A stretch of 63,909 bases of DNA, the filler included, from an uncultured bacterium (GTDB lineage Bacteria; Auribacterota; CAZIXI01): NCBI GenBank assembly GCA_964543115.1. It is 3 parts of 3 records of this genome, joined end to end, with 100 filler letters (N's around TTAATTAATTAA, not from the genome) between each part and the next. Parts side by side here need not be neighbours in the genome. Positions count along the whole stretch, not along the records: positions 1 to 27,181 come from CAZIXI010000011.1; 2 more parts are not named here. One strand, 5' to 3'. The notes below the pieces were generated by a model. The model did no database searches and was not told the origin of the DNA. It worked only from the letters and a program-made list of their open reading frames with translations. This document shows positions 8,253 to 16,229 of the stretch, one piece after another. Within the stretch, counting starts at the first letter, position 1; every line of letters starts with the position of its first letter. The position numbers were made by a program, and so were the translations under genes.

Positions 8253-10187
8253 TTACAGGCTTTGCTCCAGCGCGGCGGGCACCGGCACCAGCTGGTCGGT
8301 GATTTTTCTCAATCTCACTCCAGAATCTTTCTTTACCCTTTGTACATCACGATGCAGAGCGGTAATATAGAGGATTTCGTTAAATATATCCAGGCCGGAT
8401 TTGTATCTGTCAGTGAGTGTGGAGACCTCTTGCTGAAGAAGATCCTGGACTGTTTGCTGTTCTAAAGGGGGTAATTCATAGCCGGTTAAGTCGTTTAGGA
8501 GTTCTAGGGCAAATCGTAGCAGGTCATAGCGGTAAGCGGTTGAGGAAGTATCCAAGTGATAGTTATGGGCCAAACGAAAAACTGGCGGCAGCGCCTGGAG
8601 ATTAATATTCACCTTTGGGCAGCGGACAAGAAAATCCTCAATGAAAAGATAATAGGCGGTCAATTCCCTGATTGTCGGGTCCTCGGCCGGGATTGTCTCC
8701 AGCACGCTCAGGCGCAGCCCATGGCGCAGAAAAACCAGCAATAGGTTGTCTGTCTGAGGCTGTATTTTTAACAGGGCCTTCATGTCCAAGAGCAGAATAG
8801 TTTCATCATCTTCCTGAATGATTTCTAAATGAGGAAAAGCACGCAGACCGGAGACAATTCTCAACTTATCTATTCCAGCCAATAGCGCCGGGCCGAACGG
8901 TTTACTGGTTTGAATCTGCTGGAAGACCCTTTGCAAGCGTTGTTCGATATCTTCTATTTGCGGCAGCCAGAATGAAGAGACAGATCTGCTGGCGAGCTTG
9001 CGGCGGTTGGTTAATTGTGGTCCATTTACTGACCATTCCCAGTGGTTGTCATAAGTGAGGGCTGCTTTGTCTGCGGTTAATGTCGACCAGATTTCTGTTA
9101 GCCAGCGTTTCAGTTGAATAACCACTAAAACCTTATCCAGGTCCTGTTGCAGTTCCGGGGGGGCATTTTTCCTGGCCATGTTCCAGAAGACTTGCCAACT
9201 GTTGTTCTCTGTGGGAAATGTTTCAGCAAGGTGATCCATTAGCGGGTGTAGGGGCAAGCCGCTGTATATTCTGCCGAACATGATTGTGGAGATAAAAGCG
9301 GAATATTTCCGGATTCCGGATTCCCGCCAAATAAAGCGGAGAATGTTTTTATAGGTCTCTAGCTGTTGGCCATTTTCACATTTTTCTTCGAGTAGATAAT
9401 TTTTAAATTTTTGGGGCAGCAGTTTATCTAATTTAAATAATTTGCCCCAAAAAGAATCTATCAATTTCTTTATCCAGCCTAATTTTATGTCTGATTTTTT
9501 TTGATCAGATACGGAAGAGAAGAATAGTTGTATCAATGCGCTGAACAATGTCCTGATAATAACAAAAGATAACGGCAGGGTTATTATGATTAATATCTGG
9601 ATAAAAATATTTTTTTGTGACAAACGCGTTTTTCTTGCTGTGGTTATTGTTGCCGGTTTCAATTGGCAGTGTTCCTTTATTTGCAGAAAAAGCAACCTGT
9701 TCAGATAGGGTAGGGTGAGTTGGTTGGCAACACAAGCGTGGGGGAGAAGTTCACTGACTTCAGGAAGTGGTGTTTCAAAACCACTAAGCACGTCCTGCAG
9801 TTTATCACTAACACCGGCAATGTTGCTGAATCTTAAATAGATGAGCCGGTTTGCGCGGCGGATAAGTACATAAAGTGCCCGGCCTCGGGTTTTTCCTTTC
9901 AAGCTCAACCAGGCCACTTCACTGAGTTCATCCAACTGAATACCGGTTCGCTTGGCAACTGCCTGGATAGTCTGCTGGCGGGAGCTGATAAAGTCCGGTA
10001 AGGCAAGTGTGCCGGAAGTGAATTCCGCCCAGCTGGCTAGGCCGATCAAGGTTATGTCGTTGCCGCTGAAGACACCTGCCAATTTGGATTCGGGTGCCAG
10101 ATATCGCGAGCCGTTGCCAGAGGCTATACCAGTGGATAAAACACTAACGATTAGAATTGTCGAGATATATTTACAAAGTGTTTTCAT
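8253..10187 (-). CDS. Hypothetical secreted/membrane protein, 644 aa
   Basis: Long ORF with an N-terminal signal (MKTLCKYISTILIVSVLSTGIASG) followed by YLAPES, and one internal TM. No family recognised. Confidence 0.75.
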   Translation of the reverse strand: MKTLCKYISTILIVSVLSTGIASGNGSRYLAPESKLAGVFSGNDITLIGLASWAEFTSGTLALPDFISSRQQTIQAVAKRTGIQLDELSEVAWLSLKGKTRGRALYVLIRRANRLIYLRFSNIAGVSDKLQDVLSGFETPLPEVSELLPHACVANQLTLPYLNRLLFLQIKEHCQLKPATITTARKTRLSQKNIFIQILIIITLPLSFVIIRTLFSALIQLFFSSVSDQKKSDIKLGWIKKLIDSFWGKLFKLDKLLPQKFKNYLLEEKCENGQQLETYKNILRFIWRESGIRKYSAFISTIMFGRIYSGLPLHPLMDHLAETFPTENNSWQVFWNMARKNAPPELQQDLDKVLVVIQLKRWLTEIWSTLTADKAALTYDNHWEWSVNGPQLTNRRKLASRSVSSFWLPQIEDIEQRLQRVFQQIQTSKPFGPALLAGIDKLRIVSGLRAFPHLEIIQEDDETILLLDMKALLKIQPQTDNLLLVFLRHGLRLSVLETIPAEDPTIRELTAYYLFIEDFLVRCPKVNINLQALPPVFRLAHNYHLDTSSTAYRYDLLRFALELLNDLTGYELPPLEQQTVQDLLQQEVSTLTDRYKSGLDIFNEILYITALHRDVQRVKKDSGVRLRKITDQLVPVPAALEQSL

Positions 10188-10219
10188 TTGTTAAGCCCTA
10201 AAAGATAGGTGGTTATAAC

Positions 10220-10248
10220 AATGTAACATATATTTACGGTTATGTCAA
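10220..10248 (-). promoter_or_regulatory. Sigma70-type promoter for the 644-aa gene
   Basis: Minus strand TTGACA (10248-10243), 17 nt, TACATT (10225-10220). Confidence 0.5.
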
Positions 10249-10312
10249 GGGGGTGGTAGATTTAACTGAAGGTTATAGAAACTTATATTGTTTTATGATA
10301 CAATACGGATTA

Positions 10313-11623
10313 ATGAATAAAGGGATAATAGCAATAATCGTATTTTTTTCCCTCTTGTTTTTCCTGCCGTTAGCTGCCCAGGAACTGACCTGGGAAGAGC
10401 TGAATGCTGATATTGAGGAGCTTTACGAGCAAGGGGAGTATTCCCGCGGGGTGAAAGTGGCGGAAAGCGCTTTTAAACTGGCTAAACGCACGCTGGATAC
10501 TGACAAACCCAATATCCTTACCTCGATTTATAATCTGGCCTTTGTTTATCAAACCCTGGGGAAATACGCTAAGGCTGAACAGCTCTATAAACTGGCCCTG
10601 CCGATTATCGAAGAGACCCTGGGTGAGGATCATCCGGATGTGGCGATTACCCTGAACAACATTGCCTTACTCTATATCCGCCAGGGAAAATATGATCTAG
10701 CAGAGCAACTTTCTGCCCGGGCCCGGGAGATTTTTAAAACTGCTTATGGTGAAGACAGCTACAATGTGGCGATTATTTATAATAATCTCGCCTTGCTCTA
10801 TGTGCTCCAGGCCAGATATGCCGAGGCTGAGCCTTTGTACCGGCAGGCGCTGGCCATAGATGAAAAGGTGCTGGGCACTGATCATCCGGATGTGGCCACG
10901 GATTATAGTAACCTGGCCGGACTCTATAAATTACAGGGTAAATATGATGAAGCGGAGGAACTTTATAAACGTACGCTGGCCATTGATAAAAAGAACCTGG
11001 GCACTGATCATCCGGATGTGGCGATTTCAATGAACAATCTGGGTCTGCTTTATTATCTGCAGGGAAAGTATCTGGAGGCCGAATCCCTCTATAACCGGGC
11101 CTTAAGGATCAATAAAGAATCATTTGGCGAAGAACATCCGCATACTGTGGCCACGATGAATAATCTGGCCCTGTTATATGACGTGCAGGGAAAATATGAT
11201 GAAGCGGAATCCTATTATAAAAAGGTAATGGCGATTAGCGCGGAGATTTACGGACCGGAACATCCGGCGGTGGCTACCTACTGTAATAATCTGGCCCTGT
11301 TGTATATTACCCAGGATAAATACGCTGAGGCCGAGCCGCTTTGTAAACGCGCGCTGGTGATCGACGAAAAACTTTTGGGGAAAAATCATCCTCATCTGGC
11401 GATTGATTTAACCACCCTGGCGCAGATTTTTACCTATCAGGATAAATACATAGAAGCTGAAATGCTTTATAAACGGGCCCTGCGGATTGTGCAGGGGGTT
11501 TTCGCCCCGGATCATCCGGATGTGCGTAATGTTATCGAGAACATGGTAGGTTTCTATCAACATTATGGTGAGGAAGACAAGGCCCGGCACTATGAGGAGA
11601 AATTGGCCCTAAGCAAAGCTTAG
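10313..11623 (+). CDS. Secreted tetratricopeptide repeat protein (42-aa kinesin-light-chain-type TPRs)
   Basis: Signal peptide MNKGIIAIIVFFSLLFFLPLAA, then about 9 repeats of HPDVA...NNLALLY..QGKY.EAE.LY.RAL.I.E..LG. Start moved to ATG 10313. Confidence 0.9.
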   Translation: MNKGIIAIIVFFSLLFFLPLAAQELTWEELNADIEELYEQGEYSRGVKVAESAFKLAKRTLDTDKPNILTSIYNLAFVYQTLGKYAKAEQLYKLALPIIEETLGEDHPDVAITLNNIALLYIRQGKYDLAEQLSARAREIFKTAYGEDSYNVAIIYNNLALLYVLQARYAEAEPLYRQALAIDEKVLGTDHPDVATDYSNLAGLYKLQGKYDEAEELYKRTLAIDKKNLGTDHPDVAISMNNLGLLYYLQGKYLEAESLYNRALRINKESFGEEHPHTVATMNNLALLYDVQGKYDEAESYYKKVMAISAEIYGPEHPAVATYCNNLALLYITQDKYAEAEPLCKRALVIDEKLLGKNHPHLAIDLTTLAQIFTYQDKYIEAEMLYKRALRIVQGVFAPDHPDVRNVIENMVGFYQHYGEEDKARHYEEKLALSKA

Positions 11624-11625
11624 GG

Positions 11626-11653
11626 CTGCCATTACAGGAATGGATATAGACTG
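11626..11653 (-). repeat. Dispersed 28-bp element (CAGTCTATATCCATTCC.TAATGGCAG family)
   Basis: The reverse complement matches 22482-22509 at 27/28 positions. Related copies lie at 19705 and 22432. Confidence 0.8.
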
Positions 11654-11678
11654 AGATTATACAGGTAAGCAGCAGATG

Positions 11679-11794
11679 ATCGTACTTCGCATATCGTACA
11701 TCGTACTTCGTGTTTCGTGTATATGATCGGTCAAATTAAAATGTGTGATGAATTTTATTAGATACGAAGTACGATATGCGATGTGCGAAATACG
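11679..11794. repeat. Long imperfect inverted repeat built from 7-nt units
   Basis: Left arm ATCGTAC TTCGCAT ATCGTAC ATCGTAC TTCGTGT TTCGTGT. Right arm ATACGAAGT ACGATAT GCGATGT GCGAAAT ACG is complementary. The spacer is AT-rich. Confidence 0.85.
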
Positions 11795-11813
11795 GCTTTT
11801 TTAGGAGGGGAAA

Positions 11814-12869
11814 ATGCTTTTAGAACTTATTAATCAGGAAATTTGGGCGAATAGTGTTTATGATTATCTGCTGGCTGTGGTGATCTTTTTTGTTACCTGT
11901 ATGGCGGTAAAACTTTTTCAGCGATATCTGCTCCGCCGGCTGAAGCGCTGGGCCCAGCATACGGCCACCACCATTGATGACTTTATTATTCGAGTTGTGC
12001 AGAAGATTGTTCTACCGCTGCTCTATTTCGGGGCCTTCATTTTGGCGGTTAACACGCTTAATTTCCCCCCGTTATTACGTAAAATTATTGATACCATTGC
12101 CATGGCGGTCTTGGTATTGTTCATCGTGCGCTTGGCGACGGTATTAATCGGTTATGTTTTCAATGTTTACTGGCGGAGCCGGGGGCAGGACAAAACCCTG
12201 GAGCGCAGCCTGCGCGGCATCCTGCGGGTGATTAAGGTGATTATCTGGGCCGTAGCCATTATCTTTTTTCTGGATAATCTTGGTTTTAAGATCTCCGCGG
12301 TGATTGCCGGGCTGGGTGTGGGCGGTGTGGCCATTGCCCTGGCCGCGCAGGCGATTCTGGGGGATCTGTTCAGTTATTTTTCTATTCTGTTTGACCGGCC
12401 GTTTGAGATCGGGGATTTTATTATCGTCGGGGAATATCTGGGTACGGTTGATTATATCGGGATCAAGACAACGCGGATCCGCAGTCTGGGCGGTGAGCAG
12501 ATTGTTTTTTCCAACAGTGACCTGACGAATTCCCGGGTGCGTAACTATAAACGCATGGGACAGCGGCGGGTGGTTTTTAAATTAGGGGTTACCTATCAAA
12601 CTACCCTGGAACAGGGAAAAGAGATTCCCGGGATAATCGAGAAGATTGTTAAGGGTATCAAGGATACGGTTTTTGACCGGGCGCATTTCTTTTCTTACGG
12701 AGATTTCAGCCTGATTTATGAAGTGGTTTATTATGTCATGGGCAGTGACTATAATAAGTATATGGATATTCAGCAGGAAATCAATTTTGCCATCAAGAAA
12801 GAGTTTGAATCCCGCAGCATCGAATTCGCCTATCCCACTCAGACCTTATTTGTAACCAAAGAAACCTAG
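11814..12869 (+). CDS. mscS: Small-conductance mechanosensitive channel (MscS family)
   Basis: GLGVGGVAIALAAQAILGDLFS, RPFEIGDFI, GTVDYIGIKTTRIRSLGGEQIVFSNS, NYKRM. SD AGGAGG. Confidence 0.93.
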   Translation: MLLELINQEIWANSVYDYLLAVVIFFVTCMAVKLFQRYLLRRLKRWAQHTATTIDDFIIRVVQKIVLPLLYFGAFILAVNTLNFPPLLRKIIDTIAMAVLVLFIVRLATVLIGYVFNVYWRSRGQDKTLERSLRGILRVIKVIIWAVAIIFFLDNLGFKISAVIAGLGVGGVAIALAAQAILGDLFSYFSILFDRPFEIGDFIIVGEYLGTVDYIGIKTTRIRSLGGEQIVFSNSDLTNSRVRNYKRMGQRRVVFKLGVTYQTTLEQGKEIPGIIEKIVKGIKDTVFDRAHFFSYGDFSLIYEVVYYVMGSDYNKYMDIQQEINFAIKKEFESRSIEFAYPTQTLFVTKET

Positions 12870-12871
12870 GA

Positions 12872-12895
12872 GTAGGGGCCGGGCCTGCCCGGCCC
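12872..12895 (+). repeat. REP-like GTAG hairpin between convergent genes (possible bidirectional terminator)
   Basis: GTAG followed by GGGCCGGG CCTG CCCGGCCC (the G at 12876 starts the stem). Related copies at 22509 and 23319. Confidence 0.7.
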
Positions 12896-12900
12896 ATCGC

Positions 12901-13383
12901 CTATAAATACAGTTCCTTTTCAATGGCGTAGAAGTTTTTGAAAACATCGCGGCGGCCGACTACCCCGACCATTTTATTTCCTTCCATTACCGGCAGGGTG
13001 TGGGCATTCTTAAATTGCATCAGGGCGATAATCTCTTCCAGTGAAGTGTGTTTCCGGATCCTGAATATTTCGGTGGACATGGCGAATTTTGCCGTGGGCA
13101 CATTAGTGGCCGATGTGCCGCTGGTAATGATTTCGCCGGATTTGATCATGTCCATAACGATGAAAAGATCAGTGGCGGTAATAATGCCGATAATCCGGCC
13201 GCGTTTATTGACGACCGGCAGGCCGCTGATCCGGGTTTTAATCATTATTTCGGCCACTTCCGCCAGAGTCGTGTTCTCTGTCGTGGTAATGACGTATTCC
13301 GTCATTATATCTTTTGCCTTGATGTCTTTGAGCCGTCTGTTTAAAGAGGCCAGTCTGGATTTTGGTGATTTCGACTTTGCCAT
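12901..13383 (-). CDS. CBS-pair domain protein
   Basis: AKDIMT...ISGLPVVNKRGRIIGIITATDL and AHTLPVMEGNKMVGVVGRRDV are two CBS motifs. Confidence 0.9.
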   Translation of the reverse strand: MAKSKSPKSRLASLNRRLKDIKAKDIMTEYVITTTENTTLAEVAEIMIKTRISGLPVVNKRGRIIGIITATDLFIVMDMIKSGEIITSGTSATNVPTAKFAMSTEIFRIRKHTSLEEIIALMQFKNAHTLPVMEGNKMVGVVGRRDVFKNFYAIEKELYL

Positions 13384-13403
13384 AATTTCCTCCCTGTAAA
13401 AGA

Positions 13404-13772
13404 TTATTTGTTAAGGATATCGTTTATTTTTTTTAGCGCGTCTTCTATGGAATAAGGTTTAGTTAAATAAGCGGCTGCTCCCATGTTTTCAAAAACTTTT
13501 TTCATTCCCGGTTTGCCGGACTGGATAATTACGGGAATTTTGGCGTATGTTTTTTTTCTCCGTGTTTCTTTAAAAAGCTGAAAGCCGTGCATTTCACCTT
13601 TCAGGATGATGGAGATAATGACCAGATCAACCCAGGTGCTTTTTAAGACGTTTAAGGCGTCTATGCCTGTGTGGACACAGTCAGCTAAATAGCCCATGCC
13701 TTTGAGCCTTGTGGTCAATAATTCTGCCAGACCGATATCGCCTTCAACGATTAAGATTCTTTCCTGCGGCAT
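13404..13772 (-). CDS. Single-domain response regulator receiver, atypical (phospho-Asp replaced by Ser)
   Basis: Receiver fold motifs ILIVEGD, VDLVIISII, PVIIQSG, GAAAYLTKPY. Confidence 0.85.
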   Translation of the reverse strand: MPQERILIVEGDIGLAELLTTRLKGMGYLADCVHTGIDALNVLKSTWVDLVIISIILKGEMHGFQLFKETRRKKTYAKIPVIIQSGKPGMKKVFENMGAAAYLTKPYSIEDALKKINDILNK

Positions 13773-13786
13773 TTTTATTCCTCCCG

Positions 13787-16216
13787 TTATTTTGTTAGGG
13801 GTATTGTATGGGGTTTTCCCGATTCCAGGATATGTCTTTTGCCCTCGATTTCAAAAGAAAGATTAACAGGTTTATATTTGTGCCCCCTGATAGTTATTGT
13901 AATTTGTTCGCGGCTGATCTCCAGCGAAATCAGATTGTCCCGACAGGAGAAATTAAGCTGGATTTTTTCCCAGATTCCCGGCAGGTGCGGGTATATTTTG
14001 ATTCGGTGAGGAAGGATATCGATGCCGGCAAGGTTCTTCAGGGCGATATTAATTGAACCTCCCATCACCCCGCAGTGGATGCCTTCGGGAGTGGTGCCTC
14101 CCTGGATATCGTAAATATCAGATTTTAGTACATCCAGGTACCATTGCCAGGATTCTTCTCCTCTGCCGATCATGTGCGAAACATAACAATGAGCCACTTT
14201 ACTCAGGGTGGAGCCGTGTGATGTTCTTTTCAAATAGTATTCATAGTTCTTTTTTAGCATTTCTTTAGAAAAATGATGGCCCAAACGGTGGAAAAGTTCT
14301 TTTACTTCGGGGAGGGAAAATAGATAGAAGATCATCAATACGTCTGCCTGTTTGGCTACTTTATAATCATTGGGCGATTTTCCTTCGGCCTTGAGGATCC
14401 TGTCCAGGCGCTGAATATTGTCGTATTTTTGCCGGTAGGCATCCCAATTCAGTTCTTTTAGTTTGAGGTACCCTTCAAATTGACTGATAATGCCGTCCGG
14501 ATTAATAAAAATATTCATTTTTTCGCTGATATCGTCCCAGCGCTGTAGTTCTTCTTCTGTTAAGGTTATTTTTTTTATAATGCGCTTCCGGTCTTGTTCC
14601 GGAATCAGGGTCAATGCCTCCCGGGCTCGCAGCATGGTCCAGACAATCAGGATGTTGGTGTAGGCGTTATCGCGAAACCCCGCATTTTCCGCGTCGGGTA
14701 ATCGTTCATGGAATTCGTCGGGTCCCATAATGCCTTCGGTATGGTAGTGGTGGTCACGGGCATTGTATTTTGTCAGGCTGGATCCGAACTGGGCAATAGA
14801 TAAAAGTATCTCGGCGCCGTAAAGGGAAAGGAAATTGAGGTCACCGCTGGTTTTCCAGTGCTGCCAGGTGTTGTAGGCGATGGCAAATGAGACATGTCTC
14901 TGCAAACAGCTGTGGTCCGGTCCCCATTTGCCGGAAAGGGGATTGAGATGAATAACCTGGGTTTCCTCTTCCCCGGTGGAGCCGCTCTGCCAGGGGAACA
15001 TCGCGCCCTGGTAGCCGTTTTCCTGGGCATATTTACGCGCTTGCGGCAGACGGCGGTAACGATACAATAGCAGGGCCTTGCTGATTTCCGGGGCATGCAG
15101 ATCATAAAAAGGCATAACAAACATTTCGTCCCAGAAAATATGGCCGCGGTAGGCCTCTCCGTGTAAACCACGGGCCGGCAGGCCGGCATCGATCACGGTA
15201 TTGTGCGGGGAAGCGGTTTGCAGGAGATGAAAGGTATGCAGACGCAGTATGCGCTGAGAAAATTCGTCGCCCGTAATCTGAATATCAAATTTTTTCCACA
15301 GGCTTTCCCAGGCCTGTTTATGTGTTTTTAATAGTTCGGCAAAACGCGGTAAGGCCTTAACGGAATTAATCGCCGCTGTAAGAGGATCACGGATTCCGCG
15401 GTGTTTGGAGGTAGATGTATAAATAGATACAGTTTTTTCTATTTGATATTTCTTTTTTTTGTTTACAAAGATGCCGAATTCCAGGCTGATCCCGCGTTTT
15501 TTCTCTTTGGTCTGGATTCTCCCTACCGGCCGAAGTTCTTTTTCTTCAGTGTAGATGCGTGTGCGGGCCGCTTCGGCAATAATAATGCCTGATTGATTGG
15601 TTTTCATTGCCAGGTAAACGCCGCTTTTACCGAATGTTCCCAGGGAGCGTGGTTTCAGATGCCGGGAATTCAGCTGGCGGTAACGGGCCACACCGGTGTT
15701 TTGTACTGTTCCATCAAGGGTGGAACGGACAACTATCCAGTTGTCGTAGTTTTCCGGAGTGATTACATACCGTATTGCTCCGTTGTGTGGATCGGTCATG
15801 TGCACGATTCGCTGGGTTTCGATTGTTGTTTCCTGTCCGTGACGGTCCCGGACGCGCATCTTCCTGCTCAGGATGCCGTGGTACATATCAAGTTCCTGGT
15901 GATAAGAGAGAATAGTGGAATTGGCCGGTGTTACCCAATCGCCTTTACCGACACGAAATGTCAGCAGAAGCCAGTTGGGGCAGTTGACCATGTCTTCGTT
16001 CCAGACTGTCCGGCCGGAGATTTCCGTGGCCAGTTTGTTGAAGAGGCCGGCAATATAAGTGCCCGGATAATGGATACGGGAAGCGGTAGATTCTGGAGCC
16101 GCTCCCCTGGTACCGAAATAGCCGTTGCCCAGAGTGCAGATGGCTTCACGCAGCCCTTCCTGGGCCGGCTTAAACCCGTCGTAAACTATTTTCCAATTTG
16201 TCTGATCTTCTTTCAT
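13787..16216 (-). CDS. Glycoside hydrolase family 65 disaccharide(-phosphate) phosphorylase
   Basis: EAICTLGNGYFGTRG, ARGLHGEAYRGHIFWDE, GAMFPWQSG, GPDEFHE, KQADVLM, RTSHGSTLS. Confidence 0.93.
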   Translation of the reverse strand: MKEDQTNWKIVYDGFKPAQEGLREAICTLGNGYFGTRGAAPESTASRIHYPGTYIAGLFNKLATEISGRTVWNEDMVNCPNWLLLTFRVGKGDWVTPANSTILSYHQELDMYHGILSRKMRVRDRHGQETTIETQRIVHMTDPHNGAIRYVITPENYDNWIVVRSTLDGTVQNTGVARYRQLNSRHLKPRSLGTFGKSGVYLAMKTNQSGIIIAEAARTRIYTEEKELRPVGRIQTKEKKRGISLEFGIFVNKKKKYQIEKTVSIYTSTSKHRGIRDPLTAAINSVKALPRFAELLKTHKQAWESLWKKFDIQITGDEFSQRILRLHTFHLLQTASPHNTVIDAGLPARGLHGEAYRGHIFWDEMFVMPFYDLHAPEISKALLLYRYRRLPQARKYAQENGYQGAMFPWQSGSTGEEETQVIHLNPLSGKWGPDHSCLQRHVSFAIAYNTWQHWKTSGDLNFLSLYGAEILLSIAQFGSSLTKYNARDHHYHTEGIMGPDEFHERLPDAENAGFRDNAYTNILIVWTMLRAREALTLIPEQDRKRIIKKITLTEEELQRWDDISEKMNIFINPDGIISQFEGYLKLKELNWDAYRQKYDNIQRLDRILKAEGKSPNDYKVAKQADVLMIFYLFSLPEVKELFHRLGHHFSKEMLKKNYEYYLKRTSHGSTLSKVAHCYVSHMIGRGEESWQWYLDVLKSDIYDIQGGTTPEGIHCGVMGGSINIALKNLAGIDILPHRIKIYPHLPGIWEKIQLNFSCRDNLISLEISREQITITIRGHKYKPVNLSFEIEGKRHILESGKPHTIPLTK

Positions 16217-16229
16217 TTTTAAAAAATAA

